A DNA stretch of 42,816 nucleotides from a virus: the IMG/VR virus record IMGVR_UViG_3300045988_147588, positions 1 to 42,816 of that record, one strand, 5' to 3'. A program made the translations under genes and the position numbers. This document shows, piece by piece, positions 5,294 to 13,354 of this stretch; within the stretch, counting starts at the first letter, position 1, and each line of letters begins with the position of its first letter. The notes under the pieces were generated by a model. That model ran no database searches. It was not told the DNA's origin and saw nothing but the letters and a program-made list of their open reading frames with translations.

Positions 5294-6163
5294 TTATTTC
5301 TCAAAATCAGTAAATATACTAGTTTGTCCAAACCTATCAATACCATTAATTCTATTTGTTGCTATTTTCTGGTATTCTTCATTGATTTCAAATCCTATAA
5401 AATTTCTTCCTGTTTCTTTGCAAGCAACACAAGTTGTTCCACTTCCGCAAAATGCATCCAATACAATATCGTTTGGTTGCGTAGCATGAAGTATATGCTT
5501 TTCAACGAAATCCAACGGCTTAATTGTCGGATGTATGTATTTCTTTTTATCTTCAGTATTGGTAGAAGAAATATAATATGAGCGTTTTAAATCCATACCA
5601 TCATTCAATCTTCTTGCTCCTTTTTCTCTGAAGAAAAGACAATATTCTGTATCACTCAACCACGTATTGTTTGTTTTTGGAATCGGATTTGTTTTATGCC
5701 ACGTTAATATATTGAAGTTGCAGTCTTTCTTATTGCAGAAATAATCAATTGTATATGGAATCTGCGCTTTAGATAACCATATATATATGTATATTTCTTT
5801 TTCTACTCTGCAAAATTCATCATATATAGAATAATCAATTCCTGTATCAATACCCACAAGATTCTTTTTTTGCACAAGTCTGTTGCATTCTTGTTTATGC
5901 TTTTCCTTTTCGTATTCGCCAGTTGTTTCTTCATACAATTGTTTTTCTTTTTTAAATGCTATTTCTAAATTGTATTTTCTATTTCTAATTCCAAACGCAC
6001 CACCGTCACCAGCAGAAGCAAATTGATATGGAAGATCAACATAAATTAAATCAATGCTCTTGTCAGGTATATTCTTTATCAGTTCATAAGCATTTCCGCA
6101 TATAACTGTATTTAAATTTTCCTCAATAAAACTGCCCATTTTCTCCTTGAACATAAGAAGCAT
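5294..6163 (-). CDS. Beta-class N6A/N4C DNA methyltransferase (N6_N4_Mtase type)
   Basis: Motif IV-like VDLPY near the N-terminus. HPTIKP...VLDAFCGSGTT (motif I) near the C-terminus. Start may be an internal ATG. Confidence 0.8.
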   Translation of the reverse strand: MLLMFKEKMGSFIEENLNTVICGNAYELIKNIPDKSIDLIYVDLPYQFASAGDGGAFGIRNRKYNLEIAFKKEKQLYEETTGEYEKEKHKQECNRLVQKKNLVGIDTGIDYSIYDEFCRVEKEIYIYIWLSKAQIPYTIDYFCNKKDCNFNILTWHKTNPIPKTNNTWLSDTEYCLFFREKGARRLNDGMDLKRSYYISSTNTEDKKKYIHPTIKPLDFVEKHILHATQPNDIVLDAFCGSGTTCVACKETGRNFIGFEINEEYQKIATNRINGIDRFGQTSIFTDFEK

Positions 6164-6181
6164 ATCTTGTGTTCCATCTTG

Positions 6182-6864
6182 TTAAATCAGATAAGTTTTT
6201 ATAAATCTTCTTGCATAGTCTTTTGAAATCATACTTCTTTGAACTTTTCTTGTTTTTCCATCTTCATCTTTGGCATATGAAATTCTTTTTTTTGGATGAA
6301 TAATCATTGGTTCATCCATAATAATATTTTCTTTAGGTTCAAAGTTAACAAAGAAGTATTGTGTAGATTTTTCATAGTAATCACCATTTTCATGCCTGTT
6401 TTTATCAATAACTTTAGGCTTTATGGCCCAGTACTTAATCAAGTAATGAGTTGATGAATATGGATTTTCTATGACTAAACGAAGCCCCCCCGTAAAGCTA
6501 CAATCGTGAGCATTGTTACAAATTCATACATATCATGCAGTTCCTTATGCATTTTCATATCTAACTGGAGCTTTTCTATATCATCATAATTTTTCATCTG
6601 GAAGGCAGTTCCTCTGAAATGCAGCTGAATTTGTTCTTCAAATCTAATGCAGGGAAAGAAAGCTAAAATCAAATCATCCTTTTTAATACTGTCGAATATT
6701 GAATCACGATAACAGTACGCCTTTTCTATTTCATCAAACAAATCAATCACATAATCTGTTTCACTGAAATCATTAGCAATATCATAATCGTATGCTTCAT
6801 ATCCAAGTTTTCTGAATTCATTTTTGAATGTTCCCGACTGTTCAAACATGCAATGAACTTTCAT
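6182..6864 (-). pseudogene. C5-cytosine-methyltransferase-like gene split by a G7 tract (ORFs 6475..6864 and 6182..6442)
   Basis: CMFEQSGTF (motif I-like) and FFPC (motif IV-like) in the upstream ORF. One extra G joins the ORFs and creates LVIENP (motif VI-like). The downstream ORF has a TTG start and no SD. Confidence 0.6.
6485..6491 (-). repeat. G7 homopolymer (C7 on the + strand) at the frameshift point
   Basis: Read directly. Unusual in this AT-rich genome. Confidence 0.95.
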
Positions 6865-7007
6865 ATTCTCTCCTTTAATCCATGCAACCGATGTATAGTT
6901 ATGTTGCATGGTTCTAATTTCGTAAAATCCAAGATAACCGTTTATTTATGCGGTTATCCTAGATTGTGCTTTTTTCTTGTGCAACATAATTTGATTTGTT
7001 GCAACGC
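6865..7007 (-). promoter_or_regulatory. Leader/regulatory module copy A (TGCAACA palindromes + terminator hairpin)
   Basis: Hairpins at 6980-7003 (TGCAACA/TGTTGCA), 6933-6958 (GATAACCG/CGGTTATC + T-run on the minus strand) and 6880-6911 (CATGCAAC/GTTGCATG). Homologous module at 11320-11465. Confidence 0.6.
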
Positions 7008-7178
7008 TTATATTCTCCAGTCAAGTGGACGTCCACAATATGGACATTCTGGCGAATAATAATCTGTTCCTCTTATCCACTTATGACAATGAGGACAGCC
7101 AAATCTTTCAAGCTTTACTTCCTCTTCATCTTCTTCAAAAACAAAGATGTCATATTCAACTTTATTATTCTGCTGCAT
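7008..7178 (-). CDS. Zn-ribbon protein (56 aa)
   Basis: CPHC...CPYC motif pairs. ATG at 7178 after GGTGA, just downstream of the MazG stop. Confidence 0.6.
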   Translation of the reverse strand: MQQNNKVEYDIFVFEEDEEEVKLERFGCPHCHKWIRGTDYYSPECPYCGRPLDWRI

Positions 7179-7179
7179 T

Positions 7180-7515
7180 TTAAATATCACCTTCAGCACG
7201 ATGTAATGAGCGTTCTGATTCAAATCCTTCTGGATATCTTGCTTTCAATTTATTGATGTTTGTCTGCATTACATCATCCATATCAAGGCCAAGTGCTTCA
7301 CATGCTTCAGTAATCATCCAGAGACAATCACCAAGTTCTTTCTTGATATGCTCTTTGTCAAATTCATGTCCCTGATATACCTTCTGAAGAATTCCTGCAA
7401 CTTCACCAGCTTCTGAAGTAAGTCCAAATACTGCATGATGTAATCTTCCTTTCTTGTCATCGTATGGAATGCTGCATGTTCTCATTGCGTATGTTTGATA
7501 TTCGTTTCCTGTCAT
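7180..7515 (-). CDS. MazG-like nucleotide pyrophosphohydrolase (111 aa)
   Basis: LTSEAGEVAGILQK...ELGDCLWMI...INKLKARY, typical of phage MazG. GGAGG upstream of the ATG at 7515. Confidence 0.8.
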   Translation of the reverse strand: MTGNEYQTYAMRTCSIPYDDKKGRLHHAVFGLTSEAGEVAGILQKVYQGHEFDKEHIKKELGDCLWMITEACEALGLDMDDVMQTNINKLKARYPEGFESERSLHRAEGDI

Positions 7516-7910
7516 ATTCCTAATTCCTCCAAAGTATATTTTTCCCATGCTTTCATATTTTTATACATAGTGTCTTTTTTGAAGCATGGCAAATTAATAG
7601 TGTTATCATTTTTGATTCCAATTCGAATATTATCAGTGCCAATAGAAGCTTTTTGAATATATAAAACTTTGTCTCTAAACGGTCCAATCACTGAACTTAA
7701 ATATTTTCTTTCAACTTTATCAAGTATCTGTTCTTTATATTCTGACTTAAGCCATTTTCGCTTTTCATCCTGGCAATTTTTGCTTTTATTAAATATACAT
7801 TCATCGCAATCTATAAAACCGCATTCACATATATATCCTCTTTCAGATATAGCAACCCATTTAACCAGTATATTTTCAATTCCGTCTTTATATTTCTCTA
7901 TATTAAGCAT
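7512..7910 (-). CDS. Paralog family 'EKYKD...Cys-cluster...WL.SEYKE...YTLEELG' member 1
   Basis: Clear similarity to 9845..10267 and 10270..10689 along the full length. Confidence 0.75.
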   Translation of the reverse strand: MLNIEKYKDGIENILVKWVAISERGYICECGFIDCDECIFNKSKNCQDEKRKWLKSEYKEQILDKVERKYLSSVIGPFRDKVLYIQKASIGTDNIRIGIKNDNTINLPCFKKDTMYKNMKAWEKYTLEELGI

Positions 7911-8170
7911 TAAATAGTCCCTTCCGCTTTTGCTTCTTCTAGTTCTTTTTTTAATTTTTTATTTTCGATTTCTCTATTCAAATACCAGACAGCCTTTTCT
8001 AAATCTTCTATTTCGTTGCCTTTGTATTCACTTCTGGCAATGTATTTAATAGCATTACCTTTATTAAATCCTAGATTCCAATCTTCGATGGCATCTATCA
8101 CTTCGATTGTTCCTTGATTGTAATGTGAAGGATGATCTACATTTTTATTCAATGTCAAATCCTCCTTCAA
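7910..8170 (-). CDS. DUF3310-family protein
   Basis: HPSHY...GNAIKYIARSEYKG...DLEKAVWYL signature. The true start may be the TTG at 8152, after AGGAGG. Confidence 0.7.
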   Translation of the reverse strand: MKEDLTLNKNVDHPSHYNQGTIEVIDAIEDWNLGFNKGNAIKYIARSEYKGNEIEDLEKAVWYLNREIENKKLKKELEEAKAEGTI

Positions 8171-8310
8171 TTACAATTGCCCCATCCTCAACATAATCAA
8201 AATCAAGTATTTCAACCGGGTCGTAAACTGGGAACCGTGTATCGCATATTTTAACGTCAGTTGCATCGTCGTATGCTTGTAAAAAGTTAATCAATTCCTT
8301 AACTGTCATT
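8146..8310 (-). CDS. Hypothetical 54-aa acidic protein
   Basis: Hand translation: MTVKELINFLQAYDDATDVKICDTRFPVYDPVEILDFDYVEDGAIVIEGGFDIE. AAGAGGA upstream. Confidence 0.45.
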
Positions 8311-8326
8311 GTCTTTTATTCCTCTT

Positions 8327-8470
8327 TAAATATCCGCTTTTTTCAAGTCTTCTTATAAATTCTTCGAATATGGCATTTGCAACTGTTCTGTTTACTACAA
8401 TTCCAAAATCACATAGTACCTGTTGCATAATTGCCCATTCCGTTAATACATATTCTTCTTTTTCTTCCAT
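8327..8470 (-). CDS. Hypothetical 47-aa protein
   Basis: Hand translation: MEEKEEEYVLTEWAIMQQVLCDFGIVVNRTVANAIFEEFIRRLEKADI. Fills a gap in the operon. Confidence 0.35.
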
Positions 8471-8486
8471 ATATTTACCTCAAATT

Positions 8487-8720
8487 TTATTCTGTCTCTT
8501 CCATTGGAATTCCAGCGTCTATCCAAGAATCCAATTTTGTGTGCAGAAGAATCAATTCTGTTTGTAAAGAAACAAGAAATATCATTCTAATTTTTTCGCT
8601 CTCACATGCTTCGTAACAGTATTTTTTGCTTCGAAGTACTCTTTTAACGCTATTGATAGATTTGAGTACATCATTCAACTGATCGCTTGCGTTTTTCATG
8701 ATTCTTCGTTCTCCTTCCAT
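8487..8720 (-). CDS. Hypothetical protein (77 aa)
   Basis: ORF track. Same strand and tight packing in the early operon. Confidence 0.5.
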   Translation of the reverse strand: MEGERRIMKNASDQLNDVLKSINSVKRVLRSKKYCYEACESEKIRMIFLVSLQTELILLHTKLDSWIDAGIPMEETE

Positions 8721-8722
8721 TT

Positions 8723-8953
8723 CTAAATCCTTTCTGCGATATATCCGTTCATTGTTTTTCTTATTGCTACTTCTTCATTAACTATTACCGTTAAAAGTCT
8801 GCTTATTGTGTTCTCACTCATTAATTCAAGCAAATCTTCTGGCAGCACTGAATTTCTGTATTCATTTAATCTATCAATCATCCATCCAGTAGCTATTGAT
8901 TGAATATCACATGGAAACTTTAACGGTTTTGGTATTTCACCTTTTAATTGCAT
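8723..8953 (-). CDS. Hypothetical protein (76 aa)
   Basis: ORF track. Packed in the operon. Confidence 0.5.
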   Translation of the reverse strand: MQLKGEIPKPLKFPCDIQSIATGWMIDRLNEYRNSVLPEDLLELMSENTISRLLTVIVNEEVAIRKTMNGYIAERI

Positions 8954-9150
8954 GGCGTAAATACTCTTGCATTTTTTGCTTTAACAATTTCTGTGTATTC
9001 TTCTGACAAGTCTTTTTCTAATTTACATTCACTTGTAAGCCAATCTAAATTAGTTTCATTTTTGTCTTTGTATTGTTTAATAAAATCGTTTACTTCTGCC
9101 ATGTTTTTACAATTTTCTAAATGTTTTTTATATTTCAGAATGTTTATCAT
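8944..9150 (-). CDS. Hypothetical protein (68 aa), N-terminus related to the EKYKD paralog family
   Basis: MINILKYKKHLE...DWLTSECK resembles the N-terminal half of the family. Confidence 0.5.
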   Translation of the reverse strand: MINILKYKKHLENCKNMAEVNDFIKQYKDKNETNLDWLTSECKLEKDLSEEYTEIVKAKNARVFTPCN

Positions 9151-9355
9151 TTTCTTTCTCCTTTTTGTCTATTTCTAATTCCAAGTAATCAATTAGCTTA
9201 ATAATGTTTTTTATTGCACAATCTAGAAGATATATTATCTTTGCTCTTTGTGCTTTAGTAAGCCAATCGTTGCCATAAACATTATTTGTTAGAAAAATTA
9301 TTTCATCTCTCAGTCTATAAGCTGTGTAATGTACTTCTTCTAATTTCTCTTTCAT
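9128..9355 (-). CDS. Hypothetical protein (75 aa)
   Basis: ORF track. Packed in the operon. Confidence 0.5.
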   Translation of the reverse strand: MKEKLEEVHYTAYRLRDEIIFLTNNVYGNDWLTKAQRAKIIYLLDCAIKNIIKLIDYLELEIDKKEKENDKHSEI

Positions 9356-9373
9356 AATCTAAACCCTCGTAAA

Positions 9374-9493
9374 TCATCTGTGTCGCCAATCATCTTTGAT
9401 TTCTTCCTCGCTTTTTTCTCTTGTCGTGTCATAGATATAAAACAGAAACAAGCAAATCAGAAGTATCAGTAGTATTATTCTTATAGTTGTCAT
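9374..9493 (-). CDS. 39-aa single-TM peptide
   Basis: Hand translation: MTTIRIILLILLICLFLFYIYDTTREKSEEEIKDDWRHR. Confidence 0.3.
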   Translation of the reverse strand: MTTIRIILLILLICLFLFYIYDTTREKSEEEIKDDWRHR

Positions 9494-9500
9494 TTTTTTA

Positions 9501-9848
9501 TCACTCGTTTATCTTTTCAAAGATATAGTCAACAGAGTTCTTGATTACATCTTCTGCTTTCTGAATGTTATTATCTGTAATCTGTGAAGCAATCATCATT
9601 TTGTAACATGTTTCTTTGCTCGGAATGAATGGAATAACGATAAAAAGCAAAATAGAAAAGAAAATCACTATCTTTCTTGTTCTTCTGGCAGATTTCAGTT
9701 CTTTTTCCTTATATTCCAAATCATTGATTCTAAAAGTAAGAAAAATAATAACAGTTACAAGTGCAGACACCACAAGAATACACATTATTTGTAATTTCGC
9801 AAGGCAGTCAGCAAGATAGAACAGCCACGGATTGATTATTGGTGTCAT
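9501..9848 (-). CDS. Membrane protein (115 aa, two hydrophobic segments)
   Basis: ORF track. Hydrophobic stretches WLFYLADCLAKLQIMCILVVSALVTVIIFL and IVIFFSILLFIVIPFI. Confidence 0.6.
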   Translation of the reverse strand: MTPIINPWLFYLADCLAKLQIMCILVVSALVTVIIFLTFRINDLEYKEKELKSARRTRKIVIFFSILLFIVIPFIPSKETCYKMMIASQITDNNIQKAEDVIKNSVDYIFEKINE

Positions 9849-10267
9849 AGTCCTAACTCCTCAAGAGTGTATTCTCTGCCAAGTTCCATATTTTGAAACA
9901 TTCCAGTTGATTTTTTAAATGGTGGTAAAATTGTCGTGCATCCCCATGATTGAGAATCCTGTGAGTATAATGATATTTTTTCCATGCCATTTGCTACAGC
10001 TTCTAATTTTTTTATACACCTAACAAACCTTCTAAAAGGTTTAATCACTGCACTAAGATATTCTCTTTCTTCATCTGTCAAAACAGATTCTTTACATTCT
10101 GAATTTAGCCAATCCCTTGCATTATCAACACAATTACCACCGTGAAATATACATTTATAACAGCCTCCCATATCTTTACATCGGCACATCTCTCCGCTTT
10201 TAGATACCCCAATTGTGTAAGAAAATATTTCTTCAATTTTATCTTTGTATTTTTCTTTGTTTAACAT
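9845..10267 (-). CDS. EKYKD paralog family member 2
   Basis: MLNKEKYKDKIEEI...WLNSECKES...YLSAVIKPFR...EYTLEELGL. Confidence 0.75.
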   Translation of the reverse strand: MLNKEKYKDKIEEIFSYTIGVSKSGEMCRCKDMGGCYKCIFHGGNCVDNARDWLNSECKESVLTDEEREYLSAVIKPFRRFVRCIKKLEAVANGMEKISLYSQDSQSWGCTTILPPFKKSTGMFQNMELGREYTLEELGL

Positions 10268-10269
10268 AT

Positions 10270-10689
10270 CTATATTCCTAATTCCTCAAGTGTATATTCT
10301 TTTCCAAGCTCCATACCTTTATACATGGTATTTCCATCAAATCTTGGCAAGCATGCATCAGCTGGTCCTTCAATAACCATATAGATATATTCTTCTGTGC
10401 AACGAGTATCTGCAAACTTTGTTATGCTTTTAACTTTGTCTCTAAAAGGTTTAACAACTGAACTAAGATATTCTTTTTCTTGTTTTGTTAAAATCGACTC
10501 TTTATATTCGGAGTTAAGCCATTCTTTAGCGGCTTCAAAACTCCCACATTTATTATTTATAAAAAATATGCATTTATCACAAGGGCGATCGCCGCATCGT
10601 GTAATCGCTTCCTCGTAATCTTGATAAACTGCAATTGTTTTAACTAATATATCTTCAAGTTTATCTTTGTATTTCTCTTTTTTAAGCAT
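10270..10689 (-). CDS. EKYKD paralog family member 3
   Basis: ATG at 10689 (MLKKEKYKDKLEDI...) after GGGAGAA. Ends in EYTLEELGI. Confidence 0.75.
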   Translation of the reverse strand: MLKKEKYKDKLEDILVKTIAVYQDYEEAITRCGDRPCDKCIFFINNKCGSFEAAKEWLNSEYKESILTKQEKEYLSSVVKPFRDKVKSITKFADTRCTEEYIYMVIEGPADACLPRFDGNTMYKGMELGKEYTLEELGI

Positions 10690-10885
10690 CTTTTCTCCCA
10701 CTAAAATATCCGAGTGAATTTGCCATTACAGTAAATTCACTGAATGACTGTACATCATCCCAGTCATTGTTTTTTGCAATTCTTCTGGAAGCTGCCATGA
10801 TAGGAATCAATTCATTTTCCCATTGTATTAAAACATCACGGTCCTTTTTAGCAGCATTCCATCCGCTTTTAAATTTATAATTCAT
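10682..10885 (-). CDS. Hypothetical protein (67 aa)
   Basis: ORF track. Overlaps the next start. Confidence 0.5.
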   Translation of the reverse strand: MNYKFKSGWNAAKKDRDVLIQWENELIPIMAASRRIAKNNDWDDVQSFSEFTVMANSLGYFSGRKDA

Positions 10886-10886
10886 A

Positions 10887-11054
10887 TCAATTCCACGGTC
10901 TGAATCTTTCTACTTTCATAACCTGTTCATAGTAGCTGATTGCATTGGTTGCTTCGAGAAGTCTAGCAAATGCATCTTGATTCAGCTTTTCTAATAGTAG
11001 AAGCTTGTTTTTCAGCTTCTCATTCTCTTCTACTAGTTCTTCATATGTTTTCAT
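10887..11054 (-). CDS. 55-aa coiled-coil protein
   Basis: Hand translation: MKTYEELVEENEKLKNKLLLLEKLNQDAFARLLEATNAISYYEQVMKVERFRPWN. Abuts both neighbours. Confidence 0.45.
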   Translation of the reverse strand: MKTYEELVEENEKLKNKLLLLEKLNQDAFARLLEATNAISYYEQVMKVERFRPWN

Positions 11055-11055
11055 T

Positions 11056-11319
11056 TCAGTTCCTTCTAAGCAATCGCCTTTCTTTCAGATATTCAAGACA
11101 TGCGAATACATCTAAGTTACCTATAGGGTCTCCAAACTCATCCCATGCTTCAATTAAATCGTTTGAGCTTCCATATGATCCCATATGTTCAATAAATGAA
11201 ATTCTGTATTTATTGGATTTAATAATGATTTGGAATCCATCGAACATTGGTCTGAAAATGTGTTCAATGTGCAAGTCTTTTAGCACTTCATCAAGTTCAA
11301 ATATTGAGTTATATTCCAT
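11056..11319 (-). CDS. Hypothetical protein (87 aa)
   Basis: ATG at 11319 (MEYNSIFELDE...) after AAAGGAAAAAG. Preceded by leader module copy B. Confidence 0.6.
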   Translation of the reverse strand: MEYNSIFELDEVLKDLHIEHIFRPMFDGFQIIIKSNKYRISFIEHMGSYGSSNDLIEAWDEFGDPIGNLDVFACLEYLKERRLLRRN

Positions 11320-11465
11320 ATTCTTTTTCCTTTCTTCCATGCAACCGAATCATAGTTATGTTGCATGGTTCTGTTTCTTTAAATTATTCATATCGCCTTT
11401 ATTTATGCGTATTTCTTCACTTTTATGTTTTTACCGTGCAACATATTTTGACTTGTTGCATTATC
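11320..11465 (-). promoter_or_regulatory. Leader/regulatory module copy B
   Basis: CATGCAAC/GTTGCATG hairpin at 11337-11368. TGCAACA/TGTTGCA hairpin at 11437-11460. Same 69-nt separation as copy A. Central hairpin degenerate. Confidence 0.6.
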
Positions 11466-11508
11466 CTCAATCTAACCATGTATAATTGTTTGGAAGGAGG
11501 TGATATAC

Positions 11509-11697
11509 ATGGAAAATAAAGAAAATGTAATTCGTGATGTTGCAATGATGCTTACTTTTATTGATATTCAAAAAAATCATTCTGATAATTTGCAAACTCA
11601 TAGCAATGCATCAGCTGCATTAAAAAGTTATGCAGAATATCTTAATCTTTGCGAAGAAGAATATGATTCTTTTATTCAGCAAAGAGATCAAAAATAG
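11509..11697 (+). CDS. Small + strand protein (62 aa), paralog of 14832..15092
   Basis: GGAGG 8 nt upstream of the ATG at 11509. ENKENVIRDVAMMLTF aligns with SKNEVIQQVAMIMTI. TATAAT at 11481-11486. Confidence 0.65.
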   Translation: MENKENVIRDVAMMLTFIDIQKNHSDNLQTHSNASAALKSYAEYLNLCEEEYDSFIQQRDQK

Positions 11698-11902
11698 CAG
11701 TATGTTCATTTGAATATGTTTTTGAATATCTTACATATGCACGTAACGCTTCAACAACATGTTCACTCTCGGAAATAGTAAGTTTTTCTTGGCAGAGAAA
11801 ATTTACTATTTTCTTTTGCACGGAAACCAATTTTTCTCCTCTTTCATCTTTGCTTAAGTTTGTAAAATAAGTTTCAAATTCAATTTTTCCTACATTTGCC
11901 AT
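11672..11902 (-). CDS. Small protein (76 aa), paralog of 15067..15294
   Basis: KKIVNFLCQEKLTISESEHVVEAL aligns with KKIVNLLIEGKFTIDESKTTLKLV. Its 3' end overlaps the convergent + gene by 26 nt. Confidence 0.65.
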   Translation of the reverse strand: MANVGKIEFETYFTNLSKDERGEKLVSVQKKIVNFLCQEKLTISESEHVVEALRAYVRYSKTYSNEHTAIFDLFAE

Positions 11903-11905
11903 ATG

Positions 11906-12085
11906 CTACTCCTTTTCATCTAACAATGAACCGATAGTTGATTTTTTAATTGCTTTGAATTTTAACAAATACAATTTACTGTTTAATGCTTCGACTATGG
12001 CACGAAATTCAACCACTGTTATATTTTCATTTTCGCAACGTTTTATGATCTCGCTTATAATTTCATCAATCAAATTTTTACGCAT
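11906..12085 (-). CDS. Hypothetical 59-aa protein
   Basis: Hand translation: MRKNLIDEIISEIIKRCENENITVVEFRAIVEALNSKLYLLKFKAIKKSTIGSLLDEKE. Confidence 0.45.
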   Translation of the reverse strand: MRKNLIDEIISEIIKRCENENITVVEFRAIVEALNSKLYLLKFKAIKKSTIGSLLDEKE

Positions 12086-12099
12086 TTTCTTATTTCTCC

Positions 12100-12306
12100 T
12101 TATAAAAAGAACGTTTTGATGCTCATTGTATTTCTTATAGCTTTCTTTTGAAGTTCTAACATTTCATGCCCTTCAAAAGTAAAATTGATACCATTTTTTA
12201 ATAGCAAATATCCCAATGCACCAACCATAGAAAAGTAATTTATTTTTCTTTGCCAATTAATATACAAAAGACATGAGAGAACTATGATAATAATATTTTT
12301 AATCAT
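12100..12306 (-). CDS. Small membrane protein (68 aa)
   Basis: ORF track. Hydrophobic N-terminus IIIIVLSCLLYI. Confidence 0.5.
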   Translation of the reverse strand: MIKNIIIIVLSCLLYINWQRKINYFSMVGALGYLLLKNGINFTFEGHEMLELQKKAIRNTMSIKTFFL

Positions 12307-12503
12307 TATTGCTGCTCCTTCAGGCTATGCCACCATCTGTCTATTTCATCTCTGGCGGTCATTAACCCATCAGCACATCCGTGCAAATAAGCACGTTTGC
12401 CATCATTATTGGATTCAATTTCCAATTTACTGTTAACATTCTTTGCAACAAACAAAATGTGTTGCAACATCACAATATCGTCATCCGTTACTATCTTTTT
12501 CAT
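12306..12503 (-). CDS. Hypothetical protein (65 aa)
   Basis: ORF track. Start and stop overlap the neighbours. Confidence 0.5.
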   Translation of the reverse strand: MKKIVTDDDIVMLQHILFVAKNVNSKLEIESNNDGKRAYLHGCADGLMTARDEIDRWWHSLKEQQ

Positions 12504-13345
12504 TCTTCCTCCTCAAGTAACTCTTTAAGACCGCCAAAATCATCTCTGAGCTTCTGTTTTCTGTGGTCTGCGCCTTTAACTTCAACTGGATAACACATTT
12601 CCATCAGTCTACTGTAAATGCGCTGTTTAGCCACTTCTGTGGGGTTCTTTAGCTCTTCTGATGTTAGATTGGTTGTAACTATAATTGGCTTTTTAGAACG
12701 GTATCTAGAGTCGATAACGTTCATCACCATTTCGTTCATATATTCTGTGTTTCTTTCACTTGCCAGATCGTCAATAACAAGCAGTTCATACTTGCATAGA
12801 TAATCTATGTAGTCCTGTTTGTTTACGCCTGGTGTTGATAGAACATTTACAATTCTTGCAAATGTTGTAACCATGCACGAATAGCCTTTATCCAAGAGAG
12901 CATTGGCTATACAGCTCGCATAAAATGTTTTTCCTGTTCCTACTGATCCAAAGAGCAATAACCCCTTTGACCTCTTTTGCATTTCAGGAAATATATCTGC
13001 ATATTTTCTACTGATTTTACTTAGTTTTGTATTCAGCAAATCATCGTTTGAAAATACACATTCTTTAAGACTTGGATCATTGAATGCTGCTCTACGCATT
13101 TCATAAATTTTCATCTTTCGTTGTTCTTCAGCATAGTGACGCTCACTTGCATCTCTAGCTTCTTCTTCGCACTTACAAAGACAGCGAACAACAACTGTCT
13201 TGTTGTCAAACTTTAGAACCGTTTCTTTGGGAGTTTGACATTTGCCACATATGAGCAATCCCTCTTTATTTCTGAAATCTTCTGTGTTTGTTTCTAAACT
13301 TCTTGCACTATCGCATATCACGTTTAGTAAGTTTTCGGTATTCAT
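12500..13345 (-). CDS. DnaC/IstB-like AAA+ helicase loader with N-terminal Cys cluster
   Basis: Walker A GSVGTGKTF, Walker B LLVIDDL. CGKCQ...CLCKC at the N-terminus. Confidence 0.85.
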   Translation of the reverse strand: MNTENLLNVICDSARSLETNTEDFRNKEGLLICGKCQTPKETVLKFDNKTVVVRCLCKCEEEARDASERHYAEEQRKMKIYEMRRAAFNDPSLKECVFSNDDLLNTKLSKISRKYADIFPEMQKRSKGLLLFGSVGTGKTFYASCIANALLDKGYSCMVTTFARIVNVLSTPGVNKQDYIDYLCKYELLVIDDLASERNTEYMNEMVMNVIDSRYRSKKPIIVTTNLTSEELKNPTEVAKQRIYSRLMEMCYPVEVKGADHRKQKLRDDFGGLKELLEEEE

Positions 13346-13354
13346 TTACACCTC

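Noticed and set aside
5160-5581. + strand ORFs 5160..5489 and 5324..5581
   Set aside because: They are antisense shadows of the sigma-like and methyltransferase genes, with a hydrophobic low-complexity composition and no SD.
10970-11485. 171-aa + strand ORF antisense to several early genes
   Set aside because: It has a low-complexity Ser/Leu/Phe-rich sequence and no SD. It runs antisense across three well-packed minus-strand genes and the leader module, which is typical of a shadow ORF in AT-rich DNA.
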